Origin: a virus
IMG/VR virus record: IMGVR_UViG_3300030049_000007
Strand: one strand, 5' to 3'
Length of the DNA: 64,000 nucleotides
Shown one piece after another: positions 19,656-28,673 of this stretch (positions are counted from its first letter, which is position 1; every line of letters starts with the position of its first letter). The notes beneath the pieces are model-generated. The model made no database searches and was not told the DNA's origin. It saw only the letters and a program-made list of their open reading frames with translations. Made by a program: the position numbers and the translations under genes.

Positions 19656-19864
19656 TCTACTTTCCTTCCATCAATTTCAATCACTTTACTTATACCAGTT
19701 TTTTCATCTAATTCAAGTGTTAATTCGAATTCATCACAAGTATGACTAAACATTTTAGTAGCTTCATAAGATAAACCTATTTCAACTCCTTTATCCCATA
19801 AAGAATCATCATTACCATGAACGTAAACCTTAACTATCTTCATTATCCTCTCCATAAGTTTCAT
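19652..19864 (-). CDS. Hypothetical protein
   Basis: ORF track, ATGA overlap. Confidence 0.55.
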   Translation of the reverse strand: MKLMERIMKIVKVYVHGNDDSLWDKGVEIGLSYEATKMFSHTCDEFELTLELDEKTGISKVIEIDGRKVE

Positions 19865-20144
19865 CTAAATATTCTTTAGTTTCTTCTTCAGTTTTAAATG
19901 GACCTGACCAATCTGTACTATCAAGATAACCGGGCATTGTCAAACGACCAAACCATCCCTGTTTTGATTGATAAAGACCTAATTCTTTTGCATATTCTAT
20001 AGTAAATGGATGATAAGGATCATTATCTTCTGGACAAATCTCTTCTACAATATCCTCAAAAGACAATATACCTTGAGGTACACAAGTAATACCATTTTTA
20101 CTTTCAATAATATCAAACCAATCAAATACAATTTCTGGTATCAT
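19830..20144 (-). CDS. Hypothetical protein
   Basis: 104-aa ORF with GWFGRLTMPGYLDSTDWSGPF. Confidence 0.65.
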   Translation of the reverse strand: MIPEIVFDWFDIIESKNGITCVPQGILSFEDIVEEICPEDNDPYHPFTIEYAKELGLYQSKQGWFGRLTMPGYLDSTDWSGPFKTEEETKEYLDETYGEDNEDS

Positions 20145-20599
20145 TTACCTCTCCATGTCCCCGCAGCCTTCTGAGCCAATTCGTCAACAATTTCATTTAG
20201 AGTATTTCCATTATGTCCACGAACCCAAGTAGCTTTAACACTTTTATGTCGCTTAATTGCAGCATGTAACAATACCATTAAATCATGATTTAAACGCTTA
20301 GGATCTTTAATAAAAGAATTAATCCAGATATTAACCGAGTTGACGAGATAGGTAGCATCGGAAATAATCTCCACATGACATGGATGTTTTAGATAATTCA
20401 AACCATCGATAGCACCTTGTAGCTCCATTCGATTATTAGTTGTATTAATTATCTGTTTTGAAAAACTACTTTCTTTTTTTAATTCATAAAGTTCATATTC
20501 TGTATTATAAACTAAGTATTGAACTAAAAATGCATATCCACCTACATTACGTTTTCTAGAATATGCTCCATCTGTTATTAGTAATACTTTACTATTCAT
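20141..20599 (-). CDS. rnhA: Ribonuclease HI
   Basis: TDGA, TNNRMEL, SDATY, WVRGH, NEIVDELA. Confidence 0.92.
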   Translation of the reverse strand: MNSKVLLITDGAYSRKRNVGGYAFLVQYLVYNTEYELYELKKESSFSKQIINTTNNRMELQGAIDGLNYLKHPCHVEIISDATYLVNSVNIWINSFIKDPKRLNHDLMVLLHAAIKRHKSVKATWVRGHNGNTLNEIVDELAQKAAGTWRGK

Positions 20600-20612
20600 A
20601 TTATTCCTAAAT

Positions 20613-20641
20613 AGGTGTGTGACTTTTTAGATCACACACCT
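20613..20641. terminator. Inverted repeat or terminator
   Basis: AGGTGTGTGA / TCACACACCT 10-bp stem. Confidence 0.55.
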
Positions 20642-20649
20642 TTAGTTAT

Positions 20650-21162
20650 TTATACTTCCTTCAGACAATTATCGTAGCGTTCGAGAATTTCCTTAAGAAG
20701 TCCTTCAGTATCTTCTAAAGCAACATTCTCATAATGCCAATCGAGAATATCCTTCTGCTTAGCAATAAGATAAAACAGGATATTTTCATGATCACATTCA
20801 TAATTATGAAGAACATTAATAAATGCTTCAAGTCCAACGCGAATGCGATAATTATCTAATTCGAAATCTGCAATTACACTATTCTCACGAATATTTACTT
20901 TATAATTTTCAGTTACAAAAATATACTTATAAAGAAAACTATTACCAAAACTCTTATTAATAGCAAGAATTCGAGTAGCTTCAGGAATTTTCTTAAGACG
21001 ATCTAACTGTTCAATGCAAGTGAGAATTTCATCAGTAGAACCAATATGTTTACCTTTAAGTTCAAGAGCAAGAAAAATATTATCTTCATTAATAAAACCA
21101 GTAGTAGCAAAACTTTCATTCTTCTTAATGCGCTGTTCTAACTTGCGGTAATCGAAAGACAT
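20650..21162 (-). CDS. Hypothetical protein (start MSFDYRK)
   Basis: ORF track; start moved to the ATG that follows the stop of the DUF2829 3' fragment. Confidence 0.65.
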   Translation of the reverse strand: MSFDYRKLEQRIKKNESFATTGFINEDNIFLALELKGKHIGSTDEILTCIEQLDRLKKIPEATRILAINKSFGNSFLYKYIFVTENYKVNIRENSVIADFELDNYRIRVGLEAFINVLHNYECDHENILFYLIAKQKDILDWHYENVALEDTEGLLKEILERYDNCLKEV

Positions 21163-21164
21163 TA

Positions 21165-21246
21165 TTATACCTCGAACCAATCATCAGCAAGGATATCAGA
21201 AATAGAAGGAACCCAAGGAACACAAGATTCATCAACGGACTTAAGC
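21165..21246 (-). pseudogene. DUF2829/Tad2-like gene, 3' fragment
   Basis: Reads LKSVDESCVPWVPSISDILADDWFEV*, matching the family W.PS..D.LA.DW signature. Confidence 0.85.
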
Positions 21247-22475
21247 TTGACATCCTCCCCACGGCTAAAGCCGGGGGATTCCCTTAATTAGAGTCTTATG
21301 TCCAAGACCGACATTGAGAATATTAATAGCTGCATTCACGTCACGATCATGAAGTGTATGACAACTTTCACATTCCCATTGCCTTACGGATAAGCCGCTT
21401 AGACCTTGATGTTCGCCGATTTCTCCACAAACATTACAAGTGCGACTTGTCCAACTCTCGTTAACCTCTTTAAACTCAATACCAAGCTTAATAGCTTTAT
21501 ATGCAAGCATTGAGCGTAGCTGGGACCATCCAGCATCGAGGACAGATTTAGCCATTTTAGTTTTCGTTAACTTAGATGAAGATACATCTCCAACTATTAC
21601 CAATTTAGAATCTTTTAATATATTGTTGGCAGTTTTATGATTCCAATCTTTTCTAATATTTTTGATTTTAGCATATATTTTAGTTACTTGATGCTTCTTG
21701 TTAGCTCGTTGAGCCATTGCTAATTGTTTTTCATAATATTTAGTAATATTTTCTCTATTATATTTACGACCATCTGAAAGAGTGGCATTTGTAGATAATC
21801 CTAAATCTATACCAATTTCAGAATTACCAGTTTGTTTTTTAAAATCTACTTCAACCGCAAAGTTAATATACCAATGTCCACGAGAATCTTCATTTAAGGA
21901 TATTGTGCGAATATCTTTAGGAATCTCTCTTGTTTTCCAAAATTTAAATGTCTTACCACTAAATGTAAAAAATGCATCTTTATTAAGTTTAATGTTTTGA
22001 TTTGTACATGGAATCCATCCAAGAGATCTCCTTGATCCTTTTGAAGTTCTCCAATTAAGTTTTTGTTTTTTAAATTGATAACGTTTTGTGGTATATTCTT
22101 TACAAATCTGTTGTATAGTGGCTGAGTTTAGATTTAATTCTTTACTAGATCCTTTAGTTAAATTATTTAAATCATAATAATTTAACCATTTAGAATATTT
22201 CTTTAATTGATTGTACGAGGCTTCATTACAGTAATTCCAAACTGTATTTACTGTATTAGCCCATCTTTTTAGATGGTGACTCTTAGAGCCACCATCTTTA
22301 ATTCTGAACTTATAAGTGAGTAACAATATATCCTCTCTTGGCACCGTCCAAATAGGACATTAATGGTAGTGCCTTACCATGATTTATTTTAACACCCTTA
22401 TGAGAGAAAATGATAGTGGGCAATTTATGCCTTGTATCCCCATAGCTAAAGCTAGGGGTTTTACGGCACTATTTG
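21247..22475 (-). mobile_element. IS200/IS605-family TnpB-only (IS1341-like) element
   Basis: Left end follows TTAT and has AAAA-CCCCTAGCTTTAGCTATGGG. Right end is GAAT-CCCCCGGCTTTAGCCGTGGGG-AGGATG-TCAA. No tnpA. Confidence 0.9.
21265..22344 (-). CDS. tnpB: TnpB RNA-guided endonuclease
   Basis: TYKFRI, VWNY, GIDLG, TSRTC-CG / CESC zinc ribbon, HDRDVNAAINI. Confidence 0.93.
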   Translation of the reverse strand: MPREDILLLTYKFRIKDGGSKSHHLKRWANTVNTVWNYCNEASYNQLKKYSKWLNYYDLNNLTKGSSKELNLNSATIQQICKEYTTKRYQFKKQKLNWRTSKGSRRSLGWIPCTNQNIKLNKDAFFTFSGKTFKFWKTREIPKDIRTISLNEDSRGHWYINFAVEVDFKKQTGNSEIGIDLGLSTNATLSDGRKYNRENITKYYEKQLAMAQRANKKHQVTKIYAKIKNIRKDWNHKTANNILKDSKLVIVGDVSSSKLTKTKMAKSVLDAGWSQLRSMLAYKAIKLGIEFKEVNESWTSRTCNVCGEIGEHQGLSGLSVRQWECESCHTLHDRDVNAAINILNVGLGHKTLIKGIPRL

Positions 22476-22667
22476 ATAAGGACGGAATTTTACAATAGTT
22501 CCAGCAGGCATATTTAATGCCTTCTGAGTATTTTCATTAATAGAAATACCATCTGGATATCCTAGTTGATAAAAAGCAAATTGACCAGAACCATTCCAAC
22601 CAGAACGAGACATTCGTTTACCTTCTTTTAATAAACAAAGAGCCGTACTAAACGTCAAACAATCCAT
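22476..22667 (-). pseudogene. DUF2829/Tad2-like gene, 5' fragment
   Basis: TFSTALCLLKEGKRMSRSGWNG...FRPY, truncated by the IS left end. Confidence 0.85.
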
Positions 22668-23242
22668 TATTCATATTCTCCGAGTAAAAGCTTCGAGTAG
22701 ACGAAGGCCATAGTCTCAGTGTCACTCAATGCTCTATGGGCATTAGTATTAATGAAATTAAAATATTCAGCTAATACCTTAAGTGAATCTCCCTTAGTAG
22801 GAAGATTACTACGTCGAGATAATTGCATAGAACATTCAAATGGTGGAAGAATCATTCCATGTCCAGTTCGGATTAGGTTGAACTCCAACATCCGCTTATC
22901 GAATGCGGAGTTATGTGCCACGCATTTAATTGGTTTTACTTCTTCAACCCAATTACAGAAATCATTATATACTTCATCTCCACGGGCATTTGCCAGTTCA
23001 GAATTAGTAATACTCGTAATTTCAGTAATCTTTTCGCTAACTGGAAAACCCGGATTAATTAATTCTTCAAAAGTTTTAAACTCAATATTAAATCCATCAT
23101 AGATTGTGGCAATGGCTCCAATCTCAATGATATGTTCTTGTTTACCAAGCCCGGTCGTTTCAGTATCAATAAATAGAAGATTTCCTGTATATGGATATTT
23201 TTCATATAGCTTTTCAATAATTCCTTCGATACGTAATTCCAT
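22667..23242 (-). CDS. DEDDh 3'-5' exonuclease (DnaQ/epsilon-like)
   Basis: IDTETTG, IIEIG, AHNSAFD, HRALSD. Confidence 0.9.
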   Translation of the reverse strand: MELRIEGIIEKLYEKYPYTGNLLFIDTETTGLGKQEHIIEIGAIATIYDGFNIEFKTFEELINPGFPVSEKITEITSITNSELANARGDEVYNDFCNWVEEVKPIKCVAHNSAFDKRMLEFNLIRTGHGMILPPFECSMQLSRRSNLPTKGDSLKVLAEYFNFINTNAHRALSDTETMAFVYSKLLLGEYE

Positions 23243-23266
23243 TCTCTTAACCCTTTATAAGCAGCT

Positions 23267-23298
23267 AAAAAAAAGGGGAAATTACTTTCCCCTTTTTT
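23267..23298 (-). terminator. Intrinsic terminator
   Basis: AAAAAAAAGGGGAAA-TTAC-TTTCCCCTTTTTT after the 23316-23807 gene. Confidence 0.75.
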
Positions 23299-23315
23299 CT
23301 TAGATATTTAAATAA

Positions 23316-23807
23316 TTAAGCGTCTTCCGCAACCGCTTCATCCTCGGGTTCGGCAGTATCAGTGGCGCTATCGAAATCACGAACGTATTCCAGCTTGTAA
23401 TACGCATCGCCATTAGGACCATCCTTGAGGGGAACAGCCTCGCCACTCTTCAGCTTAACGAGCCAGTTGGTTCCGGGCTCACGACCAGTATTCGAAATAG
23501 CCTCATACTGGAAATCCTTACGCAACTTATCAGCCTTAGCGGTCAGAGTATCGTCAAGCTTAACAACTCCACCAAGAATAGCCTCGATGAGCTGCTTGGA
23601 ACGAATACTAACCACACCAGAACTCTGGCCGGCCTTACGCACTACAGAACTAATAGAACTCTGCACCTTTTCGCTGTCAGACTCATTAATGGCCTGTCCA
23701 ACGATAATAGCAAGCTTGGCTGGGTTAACGGAACCGACGAATCCACGGAAGGACTGGCCAAACTCAGTAGCGGGCTTGCGGGGGGCGCGGGTCTTAGCTT
23801 CAGACAT
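23316..23807 (-). CDS. Hypothetical, probably highly expressed protein
   Basis: 163 aa; GC-richer codons; AGGAG RBS; own terminator; basic N-terminus and acidic C-terminus. Confidence 0.7.
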   Translation of the reverse strand: MSEAKTRAPRKPATEFGQSFRGFVGSVNPAKLAIIVGQAINESDSEKVQSSISSVVRKAGQSSGVVSIRSKQLIEAILGGVVKLDDTLTAKADKLRKDFQYEAISNTGREPGTNWLVKLKSGEAVPLKDGPNGDAYYKLEYVRDFDSATDTAEPEDEAVAEDA

Positions 23808-23935
23808 TTTTCTCTCCTAGAGACGGTCAACAACGGTGCTGCCGTATGGTGTATTAGAAGTATCACACGTTTCGGATGTGACTTCAAGAAATTTCGAAAA
23901 AAAACGTATGGTGAAAATTTTTTCTGAAAAAGCGA

Positions 23936-24358
23936 CTAATCACTTGTTAATAGAAAGTTTTGAAAATCTTCTTTTGATGATGGTATTAAGTTAACCGTTA
24001 TTTCTTTATATGAAGTTTTCAACCAGTCATTATTTTTATCCTTTTCGAAATAGTTAAGAAATGATTTAATTTTATCCCGTGAAGTAGCTGACGAACTGCT
24101 AATTAACTTCACATATGTATTATAACAAAAACTAGGCTCTTTTTGCAACTTGATAATTTTATACTTAATATTAGTAATAGCTTTTAATTTATCAATTAGA
24201 TTTTCTTCAAATATAGTAGAACTATAATTATGAACTAAAATTTGCTTTGGTTTATATCTATAAATAATAATAATGTGTCCGTCTCTAAAAACTTTAATAG
24301 ATTTTTGATTTAAGGAAAGTTGAAGCAATTTCTTAAACTGGTCAATCTTTTCTTTCAC
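23936..24358 (-). CDS. Hypothetical protein
   Basis: 140-aa ORF with GTGA coupling. Confidence 0.55.
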   Translation of the reverse strand: MKEKIDQFKKLLQLSLNQKSIKVFRDGHIIIIYRYKPKQILVHNYSSTIFEENLIDKLKAITNIKYKIIKLQKEPSFCYNTYVKLISSSSATSRDKIKSFLNYFEKDKNNDWLKTSYKEITVNLIPSSKEDFQNFLLTSD

Positions 24359-25401
24359 TTAGAAAGTCCTCCAACAAAAGTTAATTGAGGACTTTTCCTC
24401 GCTACAAACATCTGATTATTTTTAGCTAACAAAATTTCAATGTAAGGAGTATTTTTAGTAAACTCTGTAGATGTAATTACACCTAGATGATCAAAAGGAA
24501 TTTTAATAGAAATACTATCTTCATTATTAAATTTAACATCTCCAACTAAGAATTCTGCACTTTGTAAATATATAAGTTTTAATGTATTTTTATCAAAAAT
24601 CATTTCTACAGATCTTACATCAACATCACTCTTTTTATGTAAACTTTGAATAATATTAAAAATAGAATTTAATTCACTAGTATTAATCTCTGCTATAATT
24701 TTATGAAATTCATTTACTTTATCTGAAATTGGTTTAATAATTGCAGACTTAGAGTTTGTTTGTGGAATATATATTTCACAATTATCATTTGAGAAAAAGA
24801 TGTGATTTTCGTTCGCATCCATTTTATCAAATGTATCAACAAATATTTTTGGAGCTACTTTAAGATTGATTTTGAAATTTGGAAGATTAGAATTTAATGG
24901 AACATAAACTACTTCATGAGGACTTGCATAGTAGATTAAATTTCCATCAAATACAATTGGATAGTTTTCAACTAAACATAATGGAACTACTGACTTTAAT
25001 CTATCAAAGAAAACTTGTTCTACATTATTCCAATTATTATGATCTTTCATTTGATAAACTTTGTCAGGAGAATCTGCTACAATTGTAAATTTATGTAAAT
25101 CAGTTTTTACATTTAATCTATAATTATCAGTATTTAGATTAAATTTAATATCTACATCTTTTGGCATACTACTGATGATAGTATAGAATTTAAATACATC
25201 TACACAAAATTCTCCTAACAATGGTGATCCGTGGTTATTTAAACTAATTTGTTTAATACCAGAATCACCATCGCAGCACCAATAAGTTATTTGCTTTTCA
25301 GTTCCCTTTATTTTTACATTTTTACATAATTCATAAGATGATTTCTCATTTGCAAATTCTTTTACTTTTTTTAAATATTTAGTTAATACACTAGCGATCA
25401 T
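24355..25401 (-). CDS. DNA polymerase III beta sliding clamp-like protein
   Basis: 348 aa; N-terminal pattern (LKKV...NVKI...GEFCVD...IISSMP) like DnaN domain I; replication context. Confidence 0.55.
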   Translation of the reverse strand: MIASVLTKYLKKVKEFANEKSSYELCKNVKIKGTEKQITYWCCDGDSGIKQISLNNHGSPLLGEFCVDVFKFYTIISSMPKDVDIKFNLNTDNYRLNVKTDLHKFTIVADSPDKVYQMKDHNNWNNVEQVFFDRLKSVVPLCLVENYPIVFDGNLIYYASPHEVVYVPLNSNLPNFKINLKVAPKIFVDTFDKMDANENHIFFSNDNCEIYIPQTNSKSAIIKPISDKVNEFHKIIAEINTSELNSIFNIIQSLHKKSDVDVRSVEMIFDKNTLKLIYLQSAEFLVGDVKFNNEDSISIKIPFDHLGVITSTEFTKNTPYIEILLAKNNQMFVARKSPQLTFVGGLSK

Positions 25402-26618
25402 AAATATTGATCCACTAACTGATCTTGAATTTCTTCTTCTAATTCTTCTACATCTTCTTCAGTTAACTTAATTGAATTAAATTTAGTATATTGAGAATTG
25501 GTTGCAATTTTAGCAATCTTCTTTTGAACATCTTCAGATAAGTTAAATTTCTTCACAATCTTCTTAACTTTAGTATTTGACATATTTAATTGTTCAAAGA
25601 TTGCACCTTCAGGAACTTCAGCTTCTTTTAAAATATCAATTAATTTTAATGTATCTTCAAATTCGATTTTATCATAACTTTGGGGACCATATTGCTCATC
25701 CTTAAATTTAATTGGACTATTATTATCAATCCAAAGTTTTAAAATCTCTTCCATATTTTTAATGCGAATAGAAGCTAGTTTATAAGCTCCAAATAATTTA
25801 ACTGCATCTTCTTCAGTATTAATTTGTTCAATCTTAGCAAAAGCATTTTTATATGCAGGACAAGTAGCTCGACTTTCGCAAAGAATACAATGTCCCCCAG
25901 CACTAGGTTCTGGAGGATTTTCTTGACTAAGAAGATTATTAAGAGCTTCAATCTCTTCAACAATCATTGGAGCGAGAGTATCTAATTCTTCTCGATAAAT
26001 ATCAAAATAATCTGAAATGAATCCATAACGAATAAAGTTAAATCTAAACTTAATTACATTCAATTCAGGATATTTCATCAAAAGAAGCAATGAGTAAATC
26101 TTACGCTGCAAAGATTTACTCATATAATCTTTAGTATAAATAGTTCTTACACTTTTATAATCATCAACATAACCAATATCACCGTCAGCATAAAAAAGAT
26201 CCACACCACCAGAAAGATATGGATTAGGATCTTCGGTAATATTTAAATCTTTATCAATTGCATATCGTGCTTCAATATCAATAAGTTCAAATTCTTTCAG
26301 AGCAGACCAGTTAAAATTAGTCTTAATATTATCTAAAATTAAAAGAGCTTCTGCAATTTGATCTTCTTGAAGTACATTAAGATATTTATATTTAATTTTA
26401 TCAAATTCAGTATAATCAGTATCAACTTTATTCTTAATACAATATTTTCCATATTCTTCTAATACATCATGAAGAACGGTTCCTAACTTTGCAAATTTAT
26501 TTTTATAACCGGGAAGCTTGAGACGATAAGTATTATAGCACCACAAGCGACATTGATGCATTGCATTAATAGCCGAATACCTAGCTCCGATTACTGCCAG
26601 ATTCGAGTTGTTTGCCAT
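25398..26618 (-). CDS. PD-(D/E)XK Cas4/RecB-like exonuclease
   Basis: YSAI..HQC, LGTVLHDVLE, GGVDL, DDYKS, Q..IY, C..C.....CP. Confidence 0.8.
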   Translation of the reverse strand: MANNSNLAVIGARYSAINAMHQCRLWCYNTYRLKLPGYKNKFAKLGTVLHDVLEEYGKYCIKNKVDTDYTEFDKIKYKYLNVLQEDQIAEALLILDNIKTNFNWSALKEFELIDIEARYAIDKDLNITEDPNPYLSGGVDLFYADGDIGYVDDYKSVRTIYTKDYMSKSLQRKIYSLLLLMKYPELNVIKFRFNFIRYGFISDYFDIYREELDTLAPMIVEEIEALNNLLSQENPPEPSAGGHCILCESRATCPAYKNAFAKIEQINTEEDAVKLFGAYKLASIRIKNMEEILKLWIDNNSPIKFKDEQYGPQSYDKIEFEDTLKLIDILKEAEVPEGAIFEQLNMSNTKVKKIVKKFNLSEDVQKKIAKIATNSQYTKFNSIKLTEEDVEELEEEIQDQLVDQYL

Positions 26619-27324
26619 TTAAATATTGCTCCACGACAGACTTCAGACCAATGATATCAAATTTATTCAGATAAAAGAATATCACAATAGCTTCTTCAAA
26701 ATTATAATCTACATGGTTATGGCACTCTAAACGAGCTATTCTCGTATAGGTGCCATATTTAGATCTTAATTTATTAACCTGTACAGTTAATCTTTTTTCT
26801 AAAGCTAATAGCTCATTAGATGGATAATGAGATTTATAACAAGTGGTAGTCTCATCTACCATAAAGAATCCGGGATATTCCTGAGACATTCTTTCTAAGC
26901 AATACTCTTCATCACAATCATAATCCGCATTTACAGCATCGATAAGATGCTGGTTTTTACTAAATCTATGAATCCAATCTAATTTTTCTTTTTTATAGAT
27001 TAATTCTATATCTTCTTCAAGATCCATTTTTTCAATTATATTATATTGAGGAAATGGATCTTCTAATTCTATATCTTCTTGATATTCTTCTAATACTACT
27101 TTTTCTTTTTTAACTTTAGGTTTAACTTCTACATAAATTAAAGTATCACAATAACATATAACTTTACCTTTATGTATACTATAAGATGGATTTACTAAAT
27201 TTGAAATAAGTATTCTTTCAGGTACCTTTAATGGAGTAATTTTTCGAAATACAATACTACATTCTTTAAAGGCTATATTATTGCATTTTATTTTTAGATT
27301 ATTGAAGGCAATGAATTTAGCCAT
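26581..27324 (-). CDS. Hypothetical protein
   Basis: 247-aa ORF. Confidence 0.6.
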   Translation of the reverse strand: MAKFIAFNNLKIKCNNIAFKECSIVFRKITPLKVPERILISNLVNPSYSIHKGKVICYCDTLIYVEVKPKVKKEKVVLEEYQEDIELEDPFPQYNIIEKMDLEEDIELIYKKEKLDWIHRFSKNQHLIDAVNADYDCDEEYCLERMSQEYPGFFMVDETTTCYKSHYPSNELLALEKRLTVQVNKLRSKYGTYTRIARLECHNHVDYNFEEAIVIFFYLNKFDIIGLKSVVEQYLNGKQLESGSNRS

Positions 27325-27340
27325 AATAATTTATCTTTCT

Positions 27341-28240
27341 CTAAAAAGAAAATTCATCAGAATCTTCAGTAATTGCTTCTTTAGGTTCATCTACAATTTC
27401 AACATCGATTGGCTTTTCACTCTTTGTAGTAGGTGGAATTTCATCATTAGAACCATCATAAGCTTCCTTTTCAGCAGCCGTAGAAAGTTCTTTCATAACC
27501 TCCTTATTTGGAAGCGCACCCATAGAAAGATGCTTTGCTTGAGCCTCCATTAAAGTTCCGATTGTGGTTCCAGCACCTTCTGCAATCTCATTATAACTAA
27601 ATGGAATCTCAAGTTCTACAGTAGGAACATTTGTGTTCTTACCACCTACACTTACCTGAACCATTACAACATGCAATCTTACTTTAAGACCAAAGAGAGT
27701 TTTACGAATTGCATAGATGTTTTGTAATGCATCGTTGATTTTGCCTATAGTCATGATGGAATGAGTGGTAAATTTAATAATTCCACCAGAGATTTTCATT
27801 TCTGGGATTATTACACTTAGCACTCCAGTTGGTTTGCAAGTATTAATGATTCCTTTATTTGTTTTAGTTAATCGAAACTCACAAGTTTTATAATTACATT
27901 CAATTTCTTTCTTATTTCCATCAGAATCAGTCCTAATTGCAGTTTCGCCATTACCACGACAATTGCATGTTGTCCCAGGATAGTTGAAAAAATCCGTGTA
28001 GAAAACTTCTTCAGGATGATGATCAATCAATACGACATCGACTAGCTTAGGCTCAATTGTACCATATTTCGCTTTGAAATATTCTTCTAATTTCTTAAAT
28101 CTTGGAGCAGTTTTAGTTTTTGGATCAAATGGATGCGTAATAATAAAATGATCTAATTTGATTGGGTAGTTTTTCTCTGCATGTCTCTCGCCTATAGCCA
28201 AACGAGCTTGGATGGTATGTTGATATATGTTAAGAGTCAA
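27341..28240 (-). CDS. Recombination-associated protein (Gp3/recombination-directionality-factor-like family), acidic tail
   Basis: RLAIGE..NYPIKLDHF, CRGNGE, C...C...CKP.G.L, C-terminal EDSDEFSF. Confidence 0.55.
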   Translation of the reverse strand: MTLNIYQHTIQARLAIGERHAEKNYPIKLDHFIITHPFDPKTKTAPRFKKLEEYFKAKYGTIEPKLVDVVLIDHHPEEVFYTDFFNYPGTTCNCRGNGETAIRTDSDGNKKEIECNYKTCEFRLTKTNKGIINTCKPTGVLSVIIPEMKISGGIIKFTTHSIMTIGKINDALQNIYAIRKTLFGLKVRLHVVMVQVSVGGKNTNVPTVELEIPFSYNEIAEGAGTTIGTLMEAQAKHLSMGALPNKEVMKELSTAAEKEAYDGSNDEIPPTTKSEKPIDVEIVDEPKEAITEDSDEFSF

Positions 28241-28241
28241 T

Positions 28242-28673
28242 CTATTCTCCTTCTATGATTAGTTGATTTATATAACTTTCTAGATTTTTATATTCAGTAT
28301 AAGGAATTATTAACAATCTAATATCTCTTTCAGCACAATATTGTTCCTTAAGATCATCGCGTTTTAACTGAGCATTAAAGGCTTCTATAGTTTTATAAAA
28401 AGTATTAGGATAAATATAATGATAATTTTGACATATTTCAATATTAGTTCTCTTGCTTAATCCAAGTTTCGTATGAGCGCATTTATCACACCAGCTATGC
28501 ATATTTCTAATAGAATGTAAATTAGCTTGCCATTTATGACCTTCTTTACATCTCCAAGACATTTTACTAATAGCATCTTTATATTCTGTAGAATCACAAA
28601 ATCCATTATTTGCTTTTGCGGCTTTTTGACAATCCAATAAAGTTAATTTTTTACTCATTTCTCTAATAACCAC
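28242..28673 (-). pseudogene. Degenerate zinc-ribbon/Vsr-like homing endonuclease with internal deletion
   Basis: WRCKEGHKW...WCDKC joined directly to HY...RDDLKEQYC...LLIIPY; the central D/E nuclease motif is absent. Confidence 0.5.

Noticed and set aside
22345-22475. IStron (group I intron plus TnpB)
   Set aside because: Only ~130 nt separate the left end from tnpB, too short for a group I ribozyme core
23425-23820. Antisense and alternate-frame ORFs (e.g. 23425-23820, 22719-23102, 31979-32347, 1926-2198, 48426-48698)
   Set aside because: Shadows of well-supported genes, with no RBS or recognisable motifs
25398-26618. CRISPR-Cas system
   Set aside because: Solo Cas4/RecB-like nuclease; I found no repeat-spacer array or other cas genes in the window
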